A DNA stretch of 63,459 nt, filler included, from Perkinsus chesapeaki ATCC PRA-425 (Eukaryota; Protista; Perkinsozoa), in assembly GCA_013115145.1 (NCBI GenBank). It is 6 parts of 6 records of this genome, joined end to end, with 100 filler letters (N's around TTAATTAATTAA, not from the genome) between each part and the next. Parts side by side here need not be neighbours in the genome. Positions count along the whole stretch, not along the records: positions 1 to 30,536 come from JAAPAO010000435.1; 5 more parts are not named here. The stretch is one strand, 5' to 3'. Each line of letters opens with the position of its first letter. Positions within the stretch are counted from its first letter, which is position 1. The notes under the pieces are model-generated. The model did not search any database, had not been told where the DNA came from, and was given only the letters and a program-made list of their open reading frames with translations. Made by a program: the position numbers and the translations under genes. Below, piece by piece: positions 1 to 11,949 of this stretch.

Positions 1-344
1 TTGAAGCAATAGTAATTGGGGAAGACATACTTTTAAAAAGAACAAGTACTATTTAATAATAGTTATGGTTATTATGTATTGATACATTATTCATCAATCT
101 GATATAAATCAAACTAAGCCTGCTCTTTCACAAAAAGGGGACATTCGTAACACAAGCTCTAACTGATAAGATACGGCGTGATAATATATTCAGAGACTGA
201 GGCATTTGATTACGCTAACTTTGGAAAGTCTTGCGTTTCGTATTGATGACAATCCAAAACTAACTAACACAACTCCTTCATCAAATAAGGCATAAAAGTA
301 AACAAGACTTAGATAAATGATATCATCAAAACTCTATTGTTGAA

Positions 345-1947
345 TCACCAGCTTCCTCCAGCACCTCCACCAGAGGCTCCACCTCCACCGAAGTTGCTAC
401 CACCACCACCGAAACCACCACCACCACTGCCACGACCGGACGATGATGAGGGTGGTGGGGGATTAATAGATCTATCTTGAGATGGCAATGGGCAGGATGA
501 TGATGATGTCCCTGTTCCAAGACTTGTCCAACTATATTGATTAACGAAACCATCTGTTATTATACCAGGATATCTATGCCTTAAACGCATCATTTGGAAA
601 TCCCACAGGGGACCATATTCATAACCGGGATAATATGGTCCAATATAAGTCATACCACCAATCCCTCTACTAGTAGATGATGATGATGAGTTCGCAGCAC
701 CCCTCTTTCCATCTGACCCATCACCACCATGTGTATCATCATCACTATCGTCATTATCTTTATTAACATCCTTTCGGCATACAGGACAGCGTAAACCATC
801 TCTAGCACGATGAATGCCTTGTTCTTGCCATTCTTGTAAACATGCTTTATGAAACTTATGTCCGCACCTTAATAGTTCACATTCCTGTCCAGTAAGAGGA
901 GCCTGTTCTGTCTCTGAATCATTCTTTTTATTGCTTGATTCATGCAAATCAAAATCCTCTAAACATATCGGACAAGATGTTTGCCGGAAATGGCCTTGTA
1001 GTGCCTCAGCTCTCTCATTCTCCATTCTATTCAATTGACGTCTAACTGCTGTTGTTCGACGGTTTTGAAGGCATGCTTTGATAAAGGCGAATATAACACA
1101 TCCCCAGATACCAAAGAATACAGTAAAGAAGAATATAAGAGGGAAAGTTATCCTGAAGATTAAGAGAATGTATATTTACTAACTATCGTAGGGCACGGGT
1201 ATTATCTTACGTGCTTAGTTGCTCTCCAGTATCAATAACTTCATGTATTAGTTTAACACCTTCAAAGATTCCTTCAGCATATTTAAACTCTCTCATGAAC
1301 GGTCGCATCCTATCAATAATCACAGATGCACTTGAAGTAGATAGTCTATCATTAGCAGCTTTACCAGTACTAATAAACCTAATGAGAAGATTATAACTAT
1401 ATATGATTATTATGACTATGATGAGGTATATCCTACATTTCACGATTACCAATATCTAATGCCATAACAACACCACTATCACAAGGAGCATGTCCAACAC
1501 CCCATGAATTATGTATCTAGATAACAACAACAAGGAGGAGGATAACAACAACAAGGAGCAGCAGCAGCAGCAGCAACTTACATTCCTAGCAAAACGCTCT
1601 ACACCACCTACTGGCCAAGTATTCCTACTTACAGCCACTGCTAACTGATAAGGTCCTAAAGTAGCAATAATAATAATATAAATAAGGTTAAGCATATTAC
1701 CACATTCGCTCTCTATAACAAATGGTGTATTAAGTTGTTGGTTAATATAATCTACCTCTTCATGGGACATATATCTATCAGGATCGCATATCCATCCAGG
1801 TGATGATGACAAACCTGATAAAGGATCTTATACTACATACGCTACGACTTCGGGGCATCTACCGCATTTTTCCGGCTCACGCTGAGGATCAGGATACTCA
1901 AATGATTGTGCTATTGTTAATAGCAGAAGATATACAAGCGCTCTCAT
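345..1947 (-). CDS. Spliced gene: signal peptide + TPM/MOLO-1-like ectodomain + TM helix + RING-H2 + Gly-rich tail
   Basis: Manual exon joining gives MRALVYLLLLTIAQSFEYPDPQREPEKCGR...GWICDPDRYMSHEEVDYINQQL...YQLAVAVS...FISTGKAANDRLSTSSASVIIDRMRPFMREFKYAEGIFEGVKLI (TPM-like), then ITFPLIFFFTVFFGIWGCVIFAFI (TM), CPICLEDF...CGHKFHKACL...CPVCR (C3H2C3) and a terminal GGGGFGGGGSNFGGGGASGGGAGGSW*. Confidence 0.8.
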
Positions 1948-2066
1948 TAGATTATCTAAAGATAATACAGCGAGGGTTGGAGGAGGGAGTCAATACCCAT
2001 ACAACACAATATAGGATAGATAATAATAATAAAAGGAGAAACACTTAATTGACATGATATCATTAA

Positions 2067-5000
2067 TCAACTCTGTACAGGAGATCCACTTGGACTGCTG
2101 CTGCTGCTCATATGAGCTGCTGGTGATGATGTTGATTGTTGCATTAAACTACTCTGACTACTTAATAATCTCGATACATCATTCGAGGTAGCAGCTGGTG
2201 GTCTGAGTGTTGATGTTGTTGCTGTTCTGAAAGTATTAATTATTATATACTCTATCTATCACTTACAATGGAGTCGGTCTCGGTATTTGAGTCATAGTAG
2301 ATGCTGATAATGGCAGCGGTACTGGAATACGAAATAATGCTTGTTGCTGTTGTTGAGCCGTGGTGGAGGAGGCGGATTGATGAAAGGTTCGTGGAGTTGG
2401 GGCAATCCTTGGCGGTGGTGGTATAGAAGTGGTTACTAAGAAAGATGACACATGAGGCCAGTCATGACTGTTGCTGTTGCTTCAGTAATTATCCACCTAC
2501 ATCCTCCTCCGATATTAGAGCTATTATTAGGCGGCCTGCTTGATAAGATTGTAGTCCGTGGTGAAAACATGTTATGATGTGTTTGAAATGATTGTCTTTG
2601 TGGCGGAGATGCTATAGAGAATGCTCTAGACTGTATTGGTGTAGAATCTAATAAGGATAATAATGACTATTAGTTAAATTGGGTAGTAATACTCCCTGAA
2701 ATCCCTGTAGATGCACGTAAGGTATTATTAGTTGTTGATGGTCCAAGCATCCTGCCTGGTGTACAATTACCAAATGATGATGTCCAATGCGGAGGAGGAG
2801 GAGGAGGAGCAGTCTGTCGTTGATGATGATGATAATGAGCTAATAAGGACGATGATGTTCATATGCTTGTATATTCCATGTAGTGCGGGAGCGGCAGTAC
2901 CTCCATTAAAGCCCTGGTGGTGTTGTTGTTGTTGATGATACACTCCTCCTCTAGGTGATAGCTCTCCTCCTTGTGTACGTGTAGACATATCAAGCCTAGT
3001 AGCAGCAGACATGCCCTAAAGGTGGTCTAAGGTTCGATCCCCAGAACAGTAGTTATTATTCCAACCACTTTGGTAGTTGATGATGATGACGATGCCCCAT
3101 GGTCATACTCTACTAGGCTGTTTGTCGATCTAGGTTGTCGTTGATTATGATGATAATGTGAGCCTAGATCATCACTTACCAAGTACTTCGTTATTATACT
3201 ACTATTAGATATAATAGATCTATTATTAATAACAGATGGTGATGGTGGTGGAGTGAATGCTTGTTGCTGTTGCTGATGTCCTTCTCCTCCTCCTCGTTGT
3301 TGTTGGCGTGATGATGGTAGTACCAGAGCTCTGAAATGTATGCTGGGTGTATGGGGATATCCAACAATACCTACCCATCCTCGGAGCCTAATGATTGTCT
3401 ACCGACTGCTGCTGCTGACCCTTTTGAATGTCCCCGATATTCAATAGTTCCTCCTCCACTATATGATGCTCTACGTCCTCCTCCTCCTCCTCCACCACTT
3501 TTCTTTTTATATTTCCTTACATCTTCACTTCCATGATATAATAATGTATTGCTGGCTGTTGTTGGCTGCCGTCTTGTCGTTACAAAACCATTCCCTGAGC
3601 AATAATACAACCATCAGCAGCAGCAGCAGCCACACCACCATTACGTAGTATTCCTTCACTTTCACCATTCGGTGCTGCTGCTGCTGATGGTGGCGGTGAG
3701 GGTGGTGGCCTTTTTTGATATCGTTCAATTGCTGCTCTCTCTAATTGCTCCATTAATGCTTTTTTCTCGTATTCTAATATCTGTATACGATTTGATAACC
3801 TATTAAATAACACATCTCCATTATCATATAACAACAATAATACTAACCCTTGTTGCATTTCAACAAATCTAGTCTGTGTCTCCTCACATAGAGCTTTGTA
3901 TGCTGCTTCACCTTTAATTGCCGAACTAATACGATGAATATCAATACCTATAACACATAACATGACAACAACAACAATAATAATAATGTCGTGTAATCCC
4001 TCACCACCACCACCACCAGCAGCAGCAGCAGGAGGAGGAGGCTCTACACTTATCATTAAAGCTAATTGGCTAGGATCAAGTAGCCGAGAATAATCTAAGA
4101 AAAGCATGTGAAGGATATAATACCGATTATTAAGTAGTCGAATACCTGTAAGCTCTTTAATTGTATATATTCTCATAGAGCCTTCTCCTTCATCTTGTCC
4201 ACTATTATTATGTAATGGTTGTAACAATCCAGCAAACTTTGATGTGAATGTGTTAATGATGTCATACCCTGTCGACCCAGCGACAATGCCTTTAATAGGA
4301 ACACCCCACCACAGATGACCAGATGATAATACTGATGATGAATGGTATGATAGACGATTTAGTTCATCAACTGATGCTGTCATTTGATAACAGATAATAA
4401 ATTTTCTTCTTATTCTTATATTAACTATATTAGCCTATAACAAACGCAAGTCCGGCTCGTTATTATTATTCTTGTTTTATGATTCTACGTATTAATATTT
4501 ATGTTAGTAGATATTACATCAATGCTAATACATACAACAAGAACAAGAACAAGCAGAAAAATAATAATAACAACAAGTTGAAGTAGAAGGACAAGCAAGA
4601 GTGGCTGTTGATGATGTTGTTGTTGATGATTACTTGGTATGTTACAAAGATCTTGAGTTACATAATGAGCCTGTACCACCAGTTGGTGTAGGTGGTGGGG
4701 GAGGAGGAGGAGGGAATGGGCGACTAGTTCGATTATGCTGCTCACTTAATGATGATAATGTTACTTCTGCTGCTGCTGTTGAATTACGATTAGCATGTAG
4801 CTTCCCAGGGGCACCTGTAGTAGTATTATAATAATATTAATTATATATTACTTTTCCGAATAGGTTTATCATCACTAGGAATGGTTCGAAGATGTGGTTC
4901 AGTAGCCGATGTGACTAAAGTATTTTTCATAATAATATATTATAACATAATATATACCTAAACCCTTGTTGGTCCTTGCTGTGGTAAGTGTCCGTGTATC

Positions 5001-8000
5001 ATCTCGTGTAATAGGTATACCAACATCATCATTATCATCCTCACCACCACCAATAGAAGACCTCTCAGATAATCGACTGGCTAATGATAATTTACGTATT
5101 TGCTCATCTTCTAGTTTTTGATATAAATCTTTCACACGCCCGAAAACCTTTCCAGTGCGTGAAGTTATACCTGCTATCCCTCCACGTGGTACCGTAAGCT
5201 TTGAGACCTAAAGCAGCAGCAGCAAAAAGTCGAAAACAAAAAGTGAAACACGAATCGCTTCGCTCCGCCACCGCCGCGGCCAGCTTACAAAATGCTGATT
5301 GATGAATTCGTTATTGAGTTTCTTATTTGCATCTTCACCTGATGCTTGAATCATACCTTGTTCTAGCCAGAACTTAGCAAATGATATCATTATATAGGAA
5401 TATCTATTAATAAATATCTTATATGTTTATTATCATGATGATGCTGCTTATATACTCACAATGCTCCTGATGCCACTAAAACATCTGTCCATAATATAAC
5501 ATTATGACAGGAAGGCACACGATCAGCAATAACCATGGTACAAGGTTGAGATAACATTGGTGATGATGCTGATGGTCCCTCCTGAAATGGTAATGATTTA
5601 AGGCATAATACTATACGTTACTTCTGGTATCGAATCAGCTGCTGATGATGATGCTCTTGTTATTGAACCATGCTGCTGCTGCTTATCTGTTGTTGTTGCT
5701 ATGTTAGATGATCGCCTACTCTTTGTAGGATTGTTAGAAGAGGATGAGGAGATAGATTTACGCATTGATAATAACTTATCAGGAGGAGGTACGTGACCTA
5801 AAATATCATATCGTATTAAGCTTAGATATGCTATAATAATATTATACCTGGAGCAGCAGACATTCTATTCCGCATCCTAATAGATCTATCACTGTCAATA
5901 ATATCAACATTATCAATGAATACATCTCCAGATGATCCAGTACCTAAAAGATACTCTAACATAATAACAATAATAATCCTTAGTAACAACAACAAGCCAA
6001 CTAATACCAGCTGATCTTGCCCAAGTCCTCTTGCTCTGTCGTGCGTCCGCTAGTACATCAGGATCATCACTGTTCATGTCACCCATGGGCAGTATACCGT
6101 CATTATCATCAGATAACACTTCATATCTATTAAATACCCCAGCCAGGATTCGAACCTAGGACCTCCTCATTATTACCCATAAACATCCCTTCCCCTCCTA
6201 ACACGTATAAACCTATAACATCATGATGATCACTATCATTCATTATATTCAAATACATACTTTTTCTCAATATCTTTCGGAAAGCCTGGTGTTACCTTTG
6301 TAGCACTACTCTGTAACCACCATGTCGCGATATAACTACATAACCAATTATTTCATTTACTTATATATCTCTATATCTTACTCGAAATCAAGATCACGTC
6401 GCCTATACCAATCTTCCCCTACACCATGGAAAAGCTCTGATACCTAACATTATTATTATAACCATGTGATAGCCATACTACTATATCAACAACAATACTG
6501 AGAGTACTTGTTATTACTCTTTGATTTGTATTAACTTGTCTACATATATCCCTTACCCATTTAGCACCATTAACCGCAAATAGACCAAATAGTTCCGGTG
6601 GACATACTGATGTATTACGTATTACCTATTATTAAATATCAACAATTAATAATGTTATTATTAGTGATAAATAATACCTTCAAAACAATATCAGCAGCTT
6701 CATTATCTTCAACTGCAAAATATATCATAAGTAATAAACCATACATACATGAACCAGGTCGATTTAGATCTCTCCCCAATGACCTTAATAACATTATATT
6801 ATATAACATCATCATCATCTAGACTCACTGAAAGCCTTTCTGAGAGAATCCTAATGTCTGCCAATCTTCATTAATATTATCCTCAGAACTACTTGATGAT
6901 GGTGACATATCATCTACAACACCTAAATAATATAAATATATCCATTTAACCATTTAACCATTATTACTACTATCTGTTGATGTTGCATGTGATGATGTTC
7001 TTGATCCACCACCATCACCATCACCACTTGGGTTAACTTTATTATTATTAGGTATTGGACGTTTTGATGATCGTAGAAATGTCGGGAGATTAATGATATC
7101 CCCAGAATTAGAAAAGTTATGATATTCGGTATGTAACAATACCGTTACAAACAACTTGGCCAAACGTGCATCGGAATATATATGACCATCAAACTCAGTT
7201 GCCAACGATAAAGCACTATAAAATGATGATGATGAAAGCAGCGTTATTATTAACAATACCACTACTTCTACTACTACTACCAAACTATTACCGTAATATT
7301 TTCCTAATCCTTCTGGTATGTGTATCAGGTTTACGTAAACGCCTCACCTATTATAATTTATTATGTTATATATTAATATTATTACTTGTTTTCTACGTCT
7401 CCTTTTAGGTCTATGACCACCTGCTTTAGCTGAAACCCATGCTAGGCATTGACGCCAACCTAATATAATAACATTATACCCTCTATCATAATAATACTAC
7501 ATACCACCACTCTTATGTTCATTGAGCTCTTGGTTATTATTAGATCCTTCCTCATCATCAGATTCGGAACAAGTAACATAATCAATATACTAGAATAATA
7601 CATGTATTATGCGCAATTAAGCTCCCATATTATTACCGAGTCCCATTCAGAAGTTGGTATATCAGCACTACTACTATCTGTTATATTATCATCATCTTCA
7701 ATCAATATAGGACCTTCCTGCTGCTGCTGCTGTTGCCGATGATGATGTCTAATAATCGGAGCCGGTTCATCAACATTAATACTCCCTATTGTTAAGCCAA
7801 GTGTTGGAGAGTATGATGCATTTGGAACTATATAAACATCCTATCCATAATAATAATATATATATTATTACCACATGACCTATTCGATCCTGATGGTAAT
7901 AGCCTATAAAATGATCTTTGTCGTTGTTGGCCACCTGGTGCTCCATAATTGTCTGTTGTTGTTGATGATGATGTCGATGTTTGATTACCTATTATTAACT

Positions 8001-10638
8001 AAACCTATTAATAATGGGATTATTACTCCGCCGTGATATAAAATTATCCCAACTTCTCACAGCATCATCAACAAATGATGGTGATGCCCTTTGCTGTTGT
8101 GGCCGTTGCCTTGCCTCCCTCAGTGTTACTGTAGGCATATTACTACCAACAGTTGCATTAGTTAATGATACAGTTGAGTTGGTGCTAACAATCTCATCAA
8201 ACCCATCGAATAGGCCTGATCATTTAGTACATCCTTATAAAGATGTATTATCACTACCATTAGGAAACTCCTGTGGATAACTACCAATATGATGCTGATT
8301 ATTATTAGATGGTAATGGAAGACTAGAACAAGTAATGATGTATAACCTTATTACCAATATTACCTTTGTTGTTTAGTTATTAATTTATTATTCAAAGATC
8401 TCTGTTCCGTGGATCTATCTTTATTTACTGCATTACTGCTTGTAGTATAAGAAACATTCATAACAGCATTATACAACTACCGATCCATTATCTCACCACC
8501 ATCAACAACAACACCAACAATAGTGGACCCCAACAACAACATCATACGTAATATGGTTGAGGAAATGCAAGAATTAGCAAGATTGTGCAAGATCTTCGAC
8601 TCTACACGCATATCATCGTCTTGACCAGTGGGGATTGTGTTCCATCCTATTAACAACATTGATCATGTGTGAATGACTGTGTTATATGATGCTATGTGTA
8701 TTGTATAGTTATTATTATCGCTCTTATTGAGCGTATGGTTATTGATAAAGTACTATATCCTAACAAAGGAGTACTATTACGTTCTAATAAAACTAGATCA
8801 TCAGCCTATACTAAGTTACATAGTAATAATAATATATCCAATCATCATAAAATATCATCATTATTAGCCTGTGGACGATCTACATACAAATTGGTTATAT
8901 GAAAGAAGTCAAGTCCAATATCATCCAAGATGGGTGTATAAATAATAAACATTTCATTATTGGTAATATAACCCTATTATATTAATATTATATTATCAGA
9001 TAACAATGATAGTACCACTTGTAGTATATCTGGCTCTTCTAGTACCTCTACAAATACTACACCTTCTAATAGGAAGCAACAATCAATAAAGGTAATAATA
9101 GACACTTGATAATTTATTAATTATTATTCAGGATAATCAAGAGATATCATCATTTGAAGATGCCTGCTTTAGGTAACATTTAATAAGTTGTTGTTTTCTA
9201 TCATTGTTAGGTGCTTAAACAGTATCCATAAGGGCTGTGGCGGTAAAGAGAAGGATAAACCCAATAGATCATATTATAAGCCAGTAGATTGCTGATTACA
9301 TCTTATACTCTCTCAAACATTAAAGTGTTGTTAGGGTCACTATGAGGGGGGGCTTCCGATATCCGTAGTTAAATCATTTAATGTCATACCGTTTGTCGAC
9401 ACCTACAAGACGGTTATTTTCTACAGAAGTATTTTTTTCAGACCAAAAACGAAGGTATGAATGTATTGACTGGTATATCGTTATATACCTCCTCCTCCTC
9501 ATCAGACCTAATGCTTTAATACGATGGAGTAGGACTAAGTATTGTCCAGAATGTGGACGATATAAAGTTGGAGACACTAAAGGTTAGAAATACTCAAGTA
9601 TTATTAAATAATATAATATTATAGAGGATATGGTGGATGCCTGTGATAGAATGTGGAGGAAATACATGAGGCTTAGTGATTCACATTGTCCACTTTGGAC
9701 GCAATGTCGGGTATATTAATATGTATAATATAGTAATTAAATAATATAGTAGGTTAAAGTTATAGATGGTAGTGATGAAGAGACATCATTATGGGAACCC
9801 ATGCCGCGTATTATTGGCCGGAGTTAATGATGACTGTTATGCTGCTGTGGTGTTTAATGTTTCTTGAATACTAACGACTGTGGTGGTGGTGTTATAAAGT
9901 AAGTAATAATTGATTACAATAATGATGACTATTAATCACGAATAGGTTATTGACAATACTAGCATAAGGCAACATAAGGTGATTGGAAAAGTGTATCACA
10001 TCCACCAGACATGATGCTTATGTACCTTCGATTGGGTTTGGTTCTTTCTCAATCACATCGATTGGATCGGATAAGATCTGTTTAGTTACCAGCTTAGGTA
10101 TGTTGTTGGACTTATACACAATAATATCATAGCATCCTCGCATCATACTGTATGATCTCCTTTTCATCCATGAACATGTTCCATTTCGAGATAACCAGTC
10201 ATTCATTTTTATTATTATTTCAGCCACAGTTTCCGCAACATCAGCAAACCTCCATCGCAAGGCTTGGAGGACCTCCAGGATACTTGACATTGCTAATACA
10301 TCCGATAAAGTGATATCACGTTCCTTTAAATATGGTATCCAACAACGTTTCCATAATATCATAGCACCATCTAAAACCAGTTGCTCATGTGCTTCAAGTA
10401 AGGCATCACCACAGTCTCCTTCAAGTAGTCGGGCATAACTAACAGTGTCCGCTGGTAACGTGTCGAAAGATTGAATGGAGCGTTTAATGATATAGAGGAG
10501 TCGCACCCTTCGATGATCAACTACGTGATTATCCAAATCAACCTCGGCAGCAAGGAAGATCTGTTCATTAAAAGGTTGTTGCCCCCCAATTAGTTCTGGA
10601 TTACTCATTCTTAAGTCAGCTCTTATGAAGCTGTTCAT
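2067..10638 (-). CDS. Very large multi-exon low-complexity/coiled-coil protein (one gene or several; boundaries uncertain)
   Basis: Many minus-strand exon-like stretches separated by short AT-rich GT-AG introns. Examples are the coiled coil AAYKALCEETQTRFVEMQQ...RIQILEYEKKALMEQLERAAIERYQK (3580-4383 ORF), VKDLYQKLEDEQIRK, and the 206-aa ORF 10018-10638. A probable stop lies at 2067-2069. No family recognised. Confidence 0.5.
6135..6175 (-). pseudogene. Orphan tRNA 3' half (positions ~33-73), probably tRNA-Ile(AAT)-derived
   Basis: Minus strand reads T AAT AA TGAGG AGGTC CTAGG TTCGAAT CCTGG CTGGGGT A: anticodon-loop remnant, variable loop, paired T-arm and acceptor 3' strand. No 5' half found nearby. 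Confidence 0.65.
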
Positions 10639-10639
10639 G

Positions 10640-11900
10640 GCTGAGCATCTAATAATGACTATTACTGATAGTTGTTATCAAAGGAGTAATGCCTTTACCT
10701 GTATTTCGATGGACTGTTATGATGTGATGGTGATGTTGTGAACTCTGCCAGCTTTATGATAGGGCTTGTCAGGAACTCCAAGTCATCTAAGGTATGCAGT
10801 TGCGTTAGACCTCCTCTTCCTTCGTTTGACATAGGATACACTGATTCCTTATACATTATGTAAACCAGGAATGGGGTGATATCATCATCATCATCCTACC
10901 AGATAACATGAATATCGATAAGCATATGTTTGGATAGTTACTTCATTCGATAGCGAGAGATGGATTGGTAGAGGCAAACAATGCCATTGTGCATGTTGCG
11001 AATCATGAAAGGATGGAGTTTTACCTACAACATAAGAATCTCTAAGTATACATTCCGATGTAGTCTAGCTGGTTAGGATATCTGGCTTTCACCCAGACGA
11101 CCCGGGTTCGAGTCCCGGCATCGGAATTCTTTTCGCTGACTGTAGTTGACTTCTGACCCATATGACAGTCTTACTTGTTTTTGTGAGGAAGTGTATCTCC
11201 ATGTTGTCATTCAGTCTACCATCCGTTACTGGTAGGTCACGATCGAATACCAATCCAAGACTCGATATTCGGTTAACTGCGTAAGATATTACCATGCCTC
11301 GCGACAGATTTGAATGCCCCAGGAATGCCCCTTTCCAAGTTTCATGGCAGACCTAACAGTAGCTTAAAGAACCTGTAAGGATCTCCGGCAATCCTTGACT
11401 AACTCTCGATCGAGCGTTCTGTGGAATGTATTCCATGAAAAGCTAGAAACATGAGCATCTTTATTTTTCGAGTGTATTGTTTTTCTGTGAATGCTTACCA
11501 CCCTTCTGTTCCACCCTATCGTCCTTCCAAGGGTCAAAATATCGACCAATCAAATAAACATGACTGGGCAGCTCCTTGGATGACTCTGGGTAGGTGTCGA
11601 CTGGCAACGGTTCAAACTTTGGCAAGACCTGAGTCAGGTGATGTTACTCTTCCCTTCCCCACCCCCTCCCCTTACCCCTCCTCGATTGGCTGCTCCTTCC
11701 ATGGATGAAACCTTCAATGTCTTGGAGAACCTATAAAATTACTTGAAGATAGTGGAGACTGCTCCCCTTACCTGTTGAGATCTCCACTTAACAAACCCCA
11801 TCCAGATGGAATAGCTGGCTCCTCATCACCTCGAGTAACGATAACGTCAATATCGATTAATGGAGGATTTAATACATGACGATGCTAAACATTGGATAAA
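10640..11900 (-). CDS. Spliced coding segment with an MABP/MVB12-like motif; probably continuous with the genes on either side
   Basis: Exon translations HVLNPPLIDIDVIVTRGDEEPAIPSGWGLLSGDLNR (resembles the MABP repeat PITDI.V...EE.P.GY....DLN.G), QVLPKFEPLPVDTYPE, and LPVTDGRLNDNMEIHFLTKTSKTVIW/VKLHPFMIR, with GT-AG junctions. Confidence 0.35.
11054..11126 (+). tRNA. tRNA-Glu(TTC)
   Basis: TCCGATG acceptor pairs with CATCGGA; D-arm; TCTGG CT TTC AC CCAGA anticodon arm; CCGGG TTCGAGT CCCGG T-arm; TTCTTTT Pol III terminator follows. Confidence 0.97.
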
Positions 11901-11949
11901 GTTTGAATATGAGTTGAGGTATTACCTACTTTAGTTCGTTGCTTATACA

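Noticed and set aside
3031-3042. GGTTCGATCCCC B-box-like motif
   Set aside because: No T-stem or acceptor pairing, and it lies in apparent coding sequence of the opposite strand.
1800-10000. Numerous short plus-strand ORFs rich in L/V/Q/H in the ORF track
   Set aside because: They are antisense or off-frame shadows of trinucleotide-rich minus-strand exons and AT-rich introns.
11089-11140. C-terminus MPGLEPGSSG of ORF 11089-11295
   Set aside because: This is the antisense translation of tRNA-Glu within a predicted intron.
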